Assembly (NCBI GenBank): GCA_026770705.1
Contig: JANJGN010000013.1
Span: 57,536,001-57,600,000 of the forward strand
Length of the DNA stretch: 64,000 nt
From: Isurus oxyrinchus
Lineage: Eukaryota
Direction of reading: 5' to 3'
Shown: positions 48,776 to 61,084 of the stretch, piece after piece
Position numbering within the stretch: position 1 is the stretch's first letter
Layout: each line of letters opens with the position of its first letter
Program-made: the position numbers and the translations under genes
The notes under the pieces: model-generated
What the model was told of the DNA's origin: nothing
The model's input: only the letters and a program-made list of their open reading frames with translations
Databases searched by the model: none

Positions 48776-49119
48776 GGTACATGGCAAAAAAATCAGAATC
48801 AAATGTGGGACAGGGGCTATTTACCTTATCCAAGATCAACTTCCTTCTGCTCTCAGTATTAACTGCCACCTAGGTGGAAAGCTCTTTAGTCTCAGTTGCC
48901 TCTGTGCCAAAACTAAACTGACCACCATAGACATACATGATCTACTGTTTGAGGAAGACTGCAGTGCTCACTCTGCACCAGGTTTACAAGCTGCACTTGA
49001 TGTCTTCAATCCTGCATACAAGAAGCTCAGCCTCTCCTTGAATGTTGCCAAAACAGAACTCATATGTCCACTGACACCTGGTCAGTCAAATATTCCACCT
49101 CCATTTGGCTTCATTGGTA

Positions 49120-52100
49120 GGGAAACTTTTGGAAACTATAGTTCGGGACAAAATCAATTGTAACATAGACAAGTGCAGGATAATTAAGGAAAGCCAGCAT
49201 CGATTCATTAAGGGAAAATTATGTTTACCTAACTTGCTGGAGATTTTTGAAGAGGTAACAGAGAAGGTTGATAAAGGCAATGCTATTGATGTGGTGTATA
49301 TGGATTTTCAAAAGGCATTTGATGCAGTGCCACACAACAGATTTGTGAGGAAAATTCTAGCTCATGGAATGAAAGGGAAAGGAGGTACTTGGATAAGAAA
49401 TTGGCTGAGTGACAGGAAACAGAGAATAATGATAAATGATTGTTTTTCAGATTGGAGGAAGGTTTGTAGCGGAATTCCCCAGGGGTCAGTGTTGGGATCC
49501 TTGCTGCTCCTGATATATATTAATGACCTAGACTGTGGTGTGCAAGGTATGATTTCAAATTTTGCAGTTGATACGAAGATTGGAAATGTTGTCAACCATG
49601 ATGGGTATAGTCTTGAACTTCTAAAGGACATAGACATTTGGTGGATTGGGCAGACAAATGGCAGATGAAGTTCAATGCAGTGTAGTGTGAGGTGACTCAT
49701 TTTGGCAGGTAGAATATGGTGAGACAGTATAAAATAAATGGAGAAACTCTGAAGAAGGTGCAGGAACAGAGGGATCTCAGTTTATATGTGTTTATATGTG
49801 GGGGGGGGGGGGGAGAGGTGATAGTGTAGTGGTATTGTCATTGGACTAGCCATAGCAGATGGTGAAATTTGAAATCTGGAATTAAAGGTTCAATGATGAC
49901 CAGGAAGCCATTGTTGTAAAAGCCCATCTGGTTCACAAATCCCTTTAGGGAAGGGAATCTGTCACCCTTACCTGGTCTGGCCAACATGTGACTCTAGACC
50001 CACAGCAATGTGGTTACTCTGAAATGGCCTAGCAAGGCACTCAGTTGTAACATGCCATGACAAAGACACAAAAAAGGAATGAAACTGGACGGACCATCAA
50101 GCATTGACCTAGGCACTGGAAATGACAACGATAATCGCAGGCCTTACCAGCCCTGCAAAGTCTTCCTCATTAACATCTGAGGGAGAGTGTCTCACAGACT
50201 AGCCAAGCAACAGCCTAACATAGCCATCCTCATGGAATCATGCCTTACAGATAATGTCCCAGACTCTACCTATCATCATCCCTGGGTATATCCTGTCTCA
50301 CTGGCAGGACAGAACCAGCAGAGGTGGCAGCACAGTGGTATACTCAACATCAACTCTGGAACCCATGAAGTCTCATTGCATCAGGCCAAACATGGGCAAG
50401 TAAATCTACTGCTGATTACCAAGTAGCTCACTCCCTCAGCTGATGAATCAATGCTCCTCCATGTTGAATGTCACTTGGAGGATGCACTGAGGGTAGCATG
50501 GGCACAGAATGTTTTCTGGATGGGGGACTTCAATGTCCATCACCAAGAGTGGCATGGTAGCACCACTACTGACCGAGGTGGCTGAGTCCTAAATTACATA
50601 ACTGCTTCCCTGGGTCTGCAGCAGGTGATGAGGGAACCAACAAGAGGGAAAAACATACTTGACCTCATCCTCATCAACCTGCCTGTCGTAGATGCATCTG
50701 TCCATGACAGTATCAGTAGGAGTGATCACTGCACAGTCATTGTGGAGATGAAGTCCCACCTTTACACTGAGGGTACCCTCCATCATGTTGTATGGCACTA
50801 CCATCGTGCTAACCGGGATAGATTTCGAACAGATTTAGCAACACAAGACTGGGTATCCATGAGGCACTGCGGGCCATCAGCAGCAGTATTGTACTCAAAC
50901 ACAATCTGTAACCTCATGGCCCGGCATATTCCCCAATCTACCATTACCATCAAGCCAAGGGATCAACCCTGATTCAATGAAGAGTGCAGGAGGACATGCC
51001 AGGATTAGCATCAGGCATACCTAAAAATGAACTGTCAACCTGGTGAAGCTATAAAACAGGACTTCTTGAGTGCGAAGCAACAAGTGATAGAGCTAAGCAA
51101 TCTCACAAGCAACGAGTCAGAAATAAGCTCTGCAGTCCTGCCACATCCAGCAGTTAATGGTGGTGGACAATTAAACAACTCACTGGAGGAGGTGGCTCCA
51201 CAAATATCCCCATCCTCAAGGCTGGAGGAGCCCAGCACATCACTGCAAAAGATAAGGCTGAAGCATTTCCAACAATCTTGATCCATCTTGGCTTCCTCCG
51301 GTGGTCCCTAGAATCACAGATACCAGTCTTCAGCTAATTCGATTCTCTCCATGTGACATTAGTGCTGAAGGCACTGGATACTGAAAAGGCTTTGGGCCCT
51401 GACAATATTCTGGCAATAGTACTGAAGACTTGTGCTCCAGAACTTGCCATGCCCCTAGCCAAGCTGTTCCAGTACAGCTACATCACTGGCATCTACCCAG
51501 CTATGTGGAAAATTGCCCAGATATGTCCTGCTCACAAAAAGCAGGACAAATCCAACCCGGCTAATTACTGCCCCATCAGTCTACTCTCCATCATCAGTAA
51601 AGTAATGGAAGGGGTCATCAACAGTGCTATCAAGTGGCACTTGTTTAGCAATAAACTGCTCACTGATGCTCAGTTTGGATTCCGCCAGGGCCACTCACAT
51701 CCTGATCTCATTACAGCCTTGGTTCAAACATGGACAAAAGAGCTGAACTCCCGAGGTGAGGTGAGAGTGACTGCCTGTGACATCAAGGCAGCATTTGACA
51801 GAGTATGGCATGAAGGAGCCCTAGCAAAACTGGAGTCAGTCGGAATCAGGAGGAAAACTCTTCGCTGGATGGAGTCATACCCAGCACAAAGGAAGATGGT
51901 TGTGGTCAATGGAGGTCAGTCATCTCTGCTCCAGAACATGACTGCAGGCTTTCGTCAGGGTAGACTCCTAGGCCCAACCATCTTCAGCTGCTTTATCAAT
52001 GACCTTCCTTCCATCATAATGTCAGAAGTAGGGATGTTTGCTGATGATTGCACAATGTTCAGCACCATTCACGATTCCTCAGATACTGAAGTAGCCCATG

Positions 52101-53745
52101 CCCAAATGCAGTTAGGCCTGAGCGATATCCAGGCTTGGGCTGACAAGTGGCAAGTAATATTCATGCCACACAAGTGTCAGGCAATGACCATCTCCAACAA
52201 GAGAGAATCCAGTCATCGTACCTTGATGTTCGATGGCATTACCATCACTGAGTCCCCCACTATCAACACCCTGGGGGCTACCATTGACCAGAAACTGAAC
52301 TGGTCTAGCCATATAAAATACTGTGGCTACAAGAGCAGGTCAGAGGCTAAGGACCATGCGATGAGTAACTCGCCTCCTGACTCCCCAAAACCTGTCCACC
52401 ATCTACAAGGCACAAGTCAGGAATGTGATGGAATACCCCCCATTTGCCTGGATGAATTCAGCTCCTACAACACTGAAGAGGCTGGACACCATCCAGGACA
52501 AAACAGTCCACTTGATTGGCACCACATCCACAAACCTTCACTCCCTCCCCCACTGACGCACAGTAGCAGCAGTGTGTACATCTACAAGATGCACTGCAGG
52601 AATTCACCAAGGCTCCTTAGACAGCACCTTCCAAACCCACAACCATGACCACATAGAAGGACAAGGGCTGCACATAGAAGGGGACATCACCACTTGGAAG
52701 TTCCCCTCCAAGCCACTCACCATCCTGACTTGGAAATATATCGCCATTTCTTCACTGTCGCTGGGTCAATATCCTGGAACTCCCTTCCTAATAGCACTGT
52801 GGGTGTACCTACATCACATGGACTGCAGCGGTTCAAGAAGGCACATCACTTTTATTCCTTTTGCCAAGTATTTTGAATCTGTGCCCTCTAGTTCTTGGTG
52901 CTGTCTTGAGTGGGGACAGTTTCTCACTATTTGCCCTGTCCATACCCCTCACAGTCTTGAATACCTCTATCGAGTGTCCTCCTATCAAGTTGCCCAACGG
53001 CAACTAGGGATGGGCAATAAATGCTGGCCCAGCCAGTGAAACCCACATCCCATGAATGAATCAAAAAAAATGTCATTGATAGTGGCAGTGTCTGTTGAGA
53101 GAGCAGTTAATAAAGCATATAATATCTTAGGCTTTATTAATAAGGACATTGCAAGAGTAAGGAGGTCATGTTGAACTTGTACAAGCCACTCGTTAGGCCT
53201 CATCTGGAGTACTGCATCCAGTTCTGGGTGCCACACTTGAGGAAGAATGTGAAGGCATTGGAGAGAGCGCAGAGGACATTCACAAGAATGATTCCCATTT
53301 AAAGAACTATATTTATGAGGTTAGTTTGGAGAAGTTGGAACTGTTTGCCTTAGAGAAGAGAAGGCTGAGAGGAGACTTGATAGAGGTATTCAAGATTATG
53401 AGGGGTATGGACAGGGTAATTAGTGAGAAACGGTTCCTGCTCAAGAGAGCACCAAGAACTAGAGGGCACAGATTCAAAATAATTGGCAAAAGGAATAAAA
53501 GTGATGAGGATTTTTTTTTTCACCTGGGGAATGGCTGGAGTCTGGAATGAACATCCTGAGGGGGTGGTGGAGACAGGTTTGATTGAGGTATTCAAAAAGG
53601 AATTGGATTATTATCTGAAAAGAGAGCATATGCAAGGTTATGGGGATAAGGCAGGGGAGTGGGACTAGGTAGCATGCTTTCTCAGAAAGCCAGACTCGAT
53701 GGGCCAAATGGCCTCTTTCTGCACTGTAAAGATTCTGTGATTCCA
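49120..53745 (+). mobile_element. CR1 LINE (RT 49120-49800; 3' end 53075-53745) split by the 49815-53070 element
   Basis: ORF 49105-49668 YMDFQKAFDAVPH, SGIPQGSVLG; tail …ctgcactgtaaagattctgtgattc. Confidence 0.88.
49815..53070 (+). mobile_element. Near-full-length CR1-clade LINE: tRNA-SINE-like 5' head, APE endonuclease, RT, 3' tail
   Basis: Head 49815-50050 matches the SINE 5' half; EN motifs from ~50150; ORF 51353-52648 RT (DIKAAFDRVWH, FADD); A-rich tail ends ~53070. Confidence 0.88.
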
Positions 53746-53999
53746 TATATGTTGCAGGAGAAACTCTGGAATATGTTGAGCACTCCCCATGTCTTGGCTG
53801 CTCCCTCTCTCAAAAGGCCACTGCTGATGAGGAAATCCAACACTGGATCAGCTGCACCAGCTCAGGCTTCTACAGACTACAGCAGTGAGTGTTTGACAAC
53901 AAAGACCTCCGCAGGAAGTCTTAGTGTACAGAGCAGTTAAGGAACAAAAAGGAAGCAAATCTTATACTCTGGATCCCACTGCCTTGCAGTACATCCTGC

Positions 54000-56880
54000 T
54001 CTGTGTGCCTAAAGATCTGTGAATCAAGAATTGGACACTTCAGTCACATGCAGACCCATGGCAGAAGCTCACGACCTTGAGTAGATGTCATCCTTGAAGC
54101 GAGGGACAAACACTGCTGCCAATCTTTTATGTTCCTTGATATCCAACAGGCTCTAGATTTGGGAGTCTAGAGTTGTTTTTTTTCTGTGAGCATATTTGTT
54201 TTGAACTGCCATTGTCTCCTCATTGGCTGCCTCCCATTGCTTTGGCTCTAATTTACTTTCATAAGTTATTTTCAATCCTCTTTTATCAAAGCACATCTCA
54301 GCTCAGTAAAGTTCACCTTTCCCCAATTGAAAACTTTTATCCCTCCTCTATCTTTGTCCTTTTCCATAACTATTCTAAATCTAAACAAATTATGATCACT
54401 ACCACCAAGATGCTCTCCCACTGATAACCCTTCCATGTGCCTAGCTTCATTTTCTAAAACTAAGTCGAAAACGATCTCTTCACTTGTTGGGCTTACTACA
54501 TGTTGGCTAATAAGTCCTCCTGAAGCATTTTAAAAATTTGAAGCCTTATATATCTTTTACACTGTTTCTATCCCAGTTAAATCTTATTATTGTTGAAGTC
54601 CCCTTATTGTTTTTGCACTTCTCAAAAATATGCACTTAGATTTGCTCTTCTTTCCCTTTCTGACTAATGGGGGCTTAAAGTGTACTTCCTTTCTTTCTTC
54701 TTCGGTTCAACTTGTGTATCCTTATTGGATGATGCTTCCAGCATATCATCACAGCTGTGATTGTTTCTTTAGCCAATATTGCTATCCCAGTCTTTCTTTA
54801 ATCCCCTTCCCAATCTGGTCTGAAAACCCTGAAACAGTAATATTGAGTTGCCGCTCCTGCCCTTCTTTAAGCAATGTTTCAGTAACAGATATGATATCAC
54901 ACTTTCAAGTATCTAATGCTTCCCTCAGCTCATCTGCCTAATTCACTGGATTTATTGCATTCAAGTTCTGCATTGCATGCCAAACTCCTTTACTGTGTAT
55001 TTTCTAAGCTTTGTTTCCTCTGCCTTCCACCTTCACTTACTCCTTTTCTGCCTATCATTTCCAGGTTTGTTTCTCTCCCTTCTGAATCTACACTGGTAAC
55101 TGTTCATATCGGTCTCACGCTTGTGCTGATTTTAACATTTTGCTCTGTTCTTTTTATGGCGCCCTTTTTTATTGGACCAATGGCCTGTGACTTACAAAGA
55201 GCTTTGGCGTTCCCTAATTGTGATAAACCAAACTGCACGAATGGAAAAAGCATTCTCCACCATCACAAACCACATTTTTTTTGGATTAGCTGATGTTTAT
55301 CAAGGGTGAAGGAAAAATGGTCACTCAGCTTCCTGATAATTCAAAGTCCTTTACTACGCTAAATTGCTTGTTCGATTTAACAATGCAAACAATGTGAGGA
55401 GTAGGAATTTACTGCTCTGAATATATCACAGTAAAAGCCCAGTGAAAGAGGAGGTAGTTCAGATACTAGATGGGCTAAAAATTGATAAAGAGGAGGCATT
55501 GGAAAGGCTGGCTGCACGTAACTGGATAAATCACTAGGCCCAGATGAGATGCAACCCAGGCCGTTGACAGATGTAGGGATGTAAGTGAAAGCACCGTGAA
55601 TGTTGCCAAGGTCTCTGGTTGAGATCTTGTTTTTTGTGATTTGCATCGCAAAACCTGGTTGAAATGCAAAAAAGCAAAACATTGGTAATGGACAGCAAGC
55701 ATTCAGTTGGAAGCTCATTCTGCCTGAGGCTAATGGGATTACTTGCCCATTCAGCCCCTCTGATTGGCTCTTCCACATTTGTGTGCTTCCTGCCATTCTA
55801 AATTGGGTGGTAACTATGGAGACGGTTTACTAATTGGCTGCCTGCAGTAAGATTAGGCCAGTCACTCCTCAGCTCCATTTCAAATGGGAGACCCCTTATT
55901 TTGAAAATATGCCCTCAAGTTCCAGACTTCCCCACAAAGTGGAAACGTCCTCTTGGCATGCATCCTGTCGAATCCCCTCAGAATTTTATGTTTCAGTAAG
56001 ATCACCTCTCATTCATCTAAACTCCAATGACTATAGGCCTAACCTGCTCAACCTTTCCTCATAAGAAAACCCCTCATCCCAGGAATTAGCCGAGTGAACA
56101 TTCTCTGAACTGCTTCTAATACAATAATATTCCTCCTTAAGTAAGGCAACTAAAACTATACACAATACTCCAGATGTAATCTTGCTAAGGTCTTGTACAG
56201 CTGTAGCAACACTTAAGTACCTTAATATTACATTCACCTTGAAATAAAGGCCAACATTCCAACATTCCATTTGCCTTCCGGATCACTTGCTGTAACTGTA
56301 GGCTAGCTTTGGTGACTCATATACCAGGCACCAAGATCCCTCTGTGCCACAGATTTCTCAGTCTCTCTCTATTTAAATACTATTCTATTTTTCTATTTTT
56401 CCTGTCAAAGTGGACAAGTTCACATTTTCCCACATTATATTCCACCTGTAAATTTTTCCCCACTCACTCAACCCAACTGTTCCCCTTTGCAGAGTCTTTG
56501 TGTGATCTTCACAACTTACTACCCACCTTTGTGTCATCAGCAAGTTTAGCTACCATACGTTCAGTCCCTTCATCCAAGTCATGAATATAGATTATAAATA
56601 GTTGAGGTCCCAGCACTGATCCCTGTGCAACTCCAATAGTTATGATTTGACAAGGCAAAAATGACCCATTTATCCCGCAACTCTCTGCTTCCTGTTAGCT
56701 AACCCATCCTCTATCCATGCAAATATGTTACCCTCTACCCCATGAGCTCTTATCTTGTGTATTAACCTTTTATGTGGCACCCTTTCAAATGCCTTTTGAA
56801 AATCCAAATACCCCACATCTACTGGTTCTCATTATCTATCCTGCTTGTTACCTCCTCAAAGAACTCTAATAAATTACAGC
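54000..56880. mobile_element. Several CR1 fragments (54000-55050 -, 55400-55620 +, 55870-56880 -)
   Basis: EN and RT motif fragments; ttgtgtcatcagcaa (ADDT on minus strand), FSYEERLSRLGL. Confidence 0.7.
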
Positions 56881-57862
56881 CAGAGTGCTTGTGAAAAGTA
56901 AAGGATCCATTTACAGGGAGAGCACTTGTGGACTTCATTTAAAACAGAGAGCGGTGAGCATGTGGACTTTATTTAAAGCAAAGAGTGGTGAGCGTGTGAA
57001 CTTTTTTCAAAGCAGAAAGTGGAGTGAGAATGTGGACTTTATTTAAAGCAGAGAACGAGGTGAAAGTGTGGACTTTATTTAAAGCAGAGAGCGAGGCAAT
57101 AATGTGGACTCTATTTAAAGCAGCGAGCGAGTAAGCGTGTGAACTTTACTTAAAGCAGAGAGCGAGTGAGTGTGTGAACTATAATTAAAGCAAAGAGTGG
57201 GTGAGCATGTGGACTCGATTTGAAACCAATCAGAGAGACTTCATTTAAAAAGACAGAGAGCAGCTGATTGGTGAGTTGGATTGGTGAGTATTTCTAGTCT
57301 TTAGATTAAAATTAACGTTTATAGTTAGTATTTAGATCTCTAGTTTTTATTTTCTCTTTCTTAAAAATAGCCTGTTAAATATAAGATCGATACTGGTGTA
57401 AATAATTAAATCCAATAAAGTGTAAAGGGCAGGGATTCTAGAGGAATTAATTAATAAATTAATTTAAATAGGATAGCGATGGCAGGATGGGTGATATGTT
57501 GCTGCTGCGGCATATGGGTTCTGCTGGACACCAAGGTGATCTGTCGAAAACACATCTGTAGTAAATGTTTGTAGCTTGAGGAACTTCGGATCTGAATTAA
57601 GGAACTGGAGTCTGAGCTGCAGACGTTGCAAGGAGGGGGAAAGTTACCTGGACACGTTGCTCTAGGAGGTGGTCACACCCCACAGGTTAGATAATTCGAA
57701 TTTGGCCCGTGATCAGGGACAGGAGGGTGTGACTGCAGGTGAGGCAGGTATGGGGACCCAGGGGTAGTGTTCAAGGAGCTTCAGCTCCTGAAATTGTCCA
57801 ACAGTTATGAGGTTCTTGCAAGCAGTGTGGACGAGAGCAGCATAAAGTGTATTCGGGGCAGT
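56880..57862 (+). mobile_element. CR1 5' end with ORF1 zinc-finger/leucine-zipper remnant
   Basis: From 57479: MAGWVICCCCGIWVLLDTKVICRKHICSKCL*LEELRI*IKELESELQTL. Confidence 0.75.
56925..57230 (+). repeat. Tandem repeat of ~9 copies of a 34-36 bp unit in a CR1 5' UTR
   Basis: Unit ~TGTGGACTTTATTTAAAGCAGAGAGCGAGTGAGCG starting near 56927, 56961, 56995, 57031, 57067, 57103, 57138, 57173 and 57208. Confidence 0.9.
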
Positions 57863-60800
57863 TAGAGTCATAGAGTCATAGAGGTATACAGCACAGAAAA
57901 GACCCTTTGGCCCATCGAGTCTGCGCTGGTCAAACAAGTACCTAACTATTCTAATCTAATTTTCCAGCACTAGGCCCATAGCCTTGTATGTCATGGCATC
58001 ACAAGTGCACATCCAAATACTTCTTAAATGTTATGAGGGTTTCTGCCTCTACCACCCTTTTAGGCAGTGAGCTCCAGATTCCCACCACCCTCTAGATGAA
58101 AAAATTATTTCTCACATCCCCTCTAAACCTCCTGCTCCTTACCTTAAATCTATGCCTGCTGGTTATTGATCCCCCCACCAAAGGAAAAAGTTCCTTCCTC
58201 TCTGCCCTATCTATGCCCCTCATAATTTTATACACTTCAATCATGTCCCCCCTCAATCTCCTCTGCTCCAGGGAAAATAACCCCAGTCTATTCAATCTCT
58301 CCTCATAACTAAAACTCTCCAGCCCAGGCAACATCCTGGTAAATCTCCTCTGCACTTTTTCTAGTGCAATCACAGCCTTCCTACAATGTGGATTCCAGAA
58401 CTGCATGCAATACTCTAGCTGTAGCCTAACCAGCATTTGATACAGTTCCAGCATAACCTCCCTGCTTTTATATTCTATGCCTTGGCTAATAAATGCAAGT
58501 ATTCCATATGCCTTCTTGACCACGTTATCTACCTGTCCCACTACCTTAAGGGACTGGTGGACATGCATACTAAGGTCCCTCTGATCTTCAGTACATCCTA
58601 GGGTCCTACCATTCATTGTGTATTCCCTGCCTTGCTTGTCCTGCCCAAGTGCATCTCCTCACACTTATCCAGATTAAGTTCCACTTGCCACCAATCAGTC
58701 CATCTGACTAGCCCGTCTATATCCTCCTGTAACCTAAGGCTATCCTCCTCACTATTTATCACCCCACCAAATTTTGTGTCATCTACAAATTTACTGATCA
58801 ACCCTCCTACATTCAAGTCTAAATCGTTTATATATACCACAAACAGCAAGGGACCCAACAGCGATCCCTGTGGAACCCCACTGGACACAGGCATCCAGTC
58901 ACAAAAACACCCCTCGACCATCACCCTCTGCTTCCTGCCACTCAGCCAGTTCTGGATCCAGTTTGCCAAATTGTCTTGGACCCCATGGGCTCTTACCTTT
59001 GTTATCAGTCTCCCATGTGGGACCTTATCAAAAACCTTGCTGAAGTCCAAGTAGACTTTGCCAAATGCATTGCCCTCATTTACATGCCTGGTCACCTCTT
59101 CAAAAAATTCAATCAAATTGGTCAGACATGACCTCCCCTTAACAAAACCATGCTGACTGTCCTTGATTTATCCCCACCTCTGCAAGTGTAGATTAATTCT
59201 GTCCCTCAGAATTGCTTCCAATAGTCCTCCCACCCACCCCCCTTGAGGTTAGACTGACTGGCCTGTAGTTCCCTGGTTTATCCCTTCCTCCCTTCTTGAA
59301 TAACACTGGCTGTCCTCCAGCCCTCTGGCATCTCTCCTGTGGCCAGAGAGGTATTGAAAATTATTGCCTGCGCCCCTGCTATCTCCCCTCCCCCTTGCCT
59401 CATCCAACAGCCTGGTATACATTTCATCCGGGCCTGGAGATTTATCTACTTTTAAGCCTGCCAGTCCACTTAGAACCTCCTGCCATTCTATGCTAATTTC
59501 TTTAATTATATCACATTCCTCCTGCTTGATTTCCATACCCACATCGTCCCTCTCACTTGTGAACACCAACACAAAGTATTCATTTAGAACCCTACCTACA
59601 TCTTCCAGCTCCACACACAAATTACCACTATGGTCCTTAATAGCCTCTACTCTTTCGCTAGTTATCCTCTTACTCTTAATGTACTTGTAAAATAACTTTG
59701 GATTTTCCTTTATTTTACCTGCCAATGTTTTTTCATGGCCCCTTTTTGCTCTCCTAATTTCCTTTTTAAGATTCCCCCCTTCACATTCTATACCCCTCTA
59801 GGACTACTGCTGTTTTAAGCCTTCAGTAACTGCCATAAACCTCCCTTCATCTATTTATCCAACCCTGTATATCCCTCGACATCCAGGGTTCCCTAGATTT
59901 GTTGGTACCACCCTTTATCTTTACTGGGATATATTGGCCCTGTACTCTCCCTACTTACTTCTTGGTTGAGTTCCACTGCTCTGACACAGATTTACCTAAA
60001 AGTAGCTGCTCCCAGTCCACTCTGGCCAAATCATATCTGATCTTATTAAAATAGGCCTTCCCCAGTTTAGAACTTTGATTTCTGGCCCATCCTTGTCCTG
60101 TTCCATAACAACCTTGAATCTAATGGAGTTATGATCACTATCTGCAAAATGCTTCCCCACTGATACCTCTACCACTTGCCTGGCTTCATTCCCTAAAATT
60201 AAGTCCAGGACCTTCTCTTGTAGGATCTTCTACATGGTCTCCTGGATGCATTTTAAGAATTCCACTCCCTCTAAACCTATCACACTAAGACTAATCCAGT
60301 TAATGTTGGGAAAGTTGAAATCCCCCACTATTACTACCTTATTATTTTTACATTTCTCTGAAATTTGCCTACATATCTGCTCTCCTATTTCTCTCTGACT
60401 GTTTGGGGGCCTACGGTATACTCCCAGCAATGTGATTGCTCCTTTTTTGTTTTTATGTTCTACCCATATGGCTTCATTTGAGGAGCCTTCTAAGATGTCA
60501 TCCCTCCTTACTGCTGTAATTGATTCCCTGATCAAAATTGCAATACCCCCTCCTCTTTTACCTCCTTTCCTGTCTCGCCTGAGGACTGTATATCTTGGAA
60601 TATTGAGCTGCCAATCCCACCCCTCTCTCAACCATGTGTCTGTGACAGCAATGACACTATACTTCCGTGTGTTAATTTGTGCCCTCAATTCATCTGCTTT
60701 ATTCGTCAGACTCCTTGCATTAAAATAAATACCATCCAACCTTTCCAAACTCCCTTGTGCATTAACTGGCCTATAATTTCTATGCCTTCCAGATTCACTT

Positions 60801-61080
60801 GCTCTCTCTTCTAATTTTGGCTGTGCATCTCCCCCTGCTGAATCTTCTCTCAGGTTCCCACCCCCCTGCCAGGCTAGTTTAAACCCACCCCAACAGCACT
60901 AGCAAACCTCCCCACAAGGATGTTGGTCCCATTCTGGTTCATGTGCAACCTGTCCACCTTGTACAGGTCCCACTGCCCCCATAAATGGTCTCAATGTCCC
61001 AGAAATCTAAAGCCCTCCCTCCTGCACCATCTCTCCAGCTACGCATTCACCTGGACTAACCTCTTATTTCTATACTCACT
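57863..61080 (-). mobile_element. CR1 LINE, near-complete ORF2 (APE + RT) with ORF1 C-terminus and tail
   Basis: ORFs 60230-60748 (YFNARSL…VGDFN), 58613-59116 (YLDFSKVFDKVPH, SGVPQGS, FVDDTK) and 58092-58616; tail (ctatgact)n. Confidence 0.93.
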
Positions 61081-61084
61081 AGTG

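Larger units (their letters stand above)
48180..53940 (+). mobile_element. RTE LINE remnant split by nested elements (pieces ~48180-48430, ~48810-49120, ~53750-53940)
   Basis: QTDIAALSEAHLPGKGQLKEKAEGHTFYW (RTE APE); DLLFEEDCSAHS…LSLNVAKTE (RTE RT). Confidence 0.75.

Noticed and set aside
56925-57230. CRISPR-like array
   Set aside because: Units are contiguous degenerate tandem copies without unique spacers, the context is eukaryotic, and there are no cas genes
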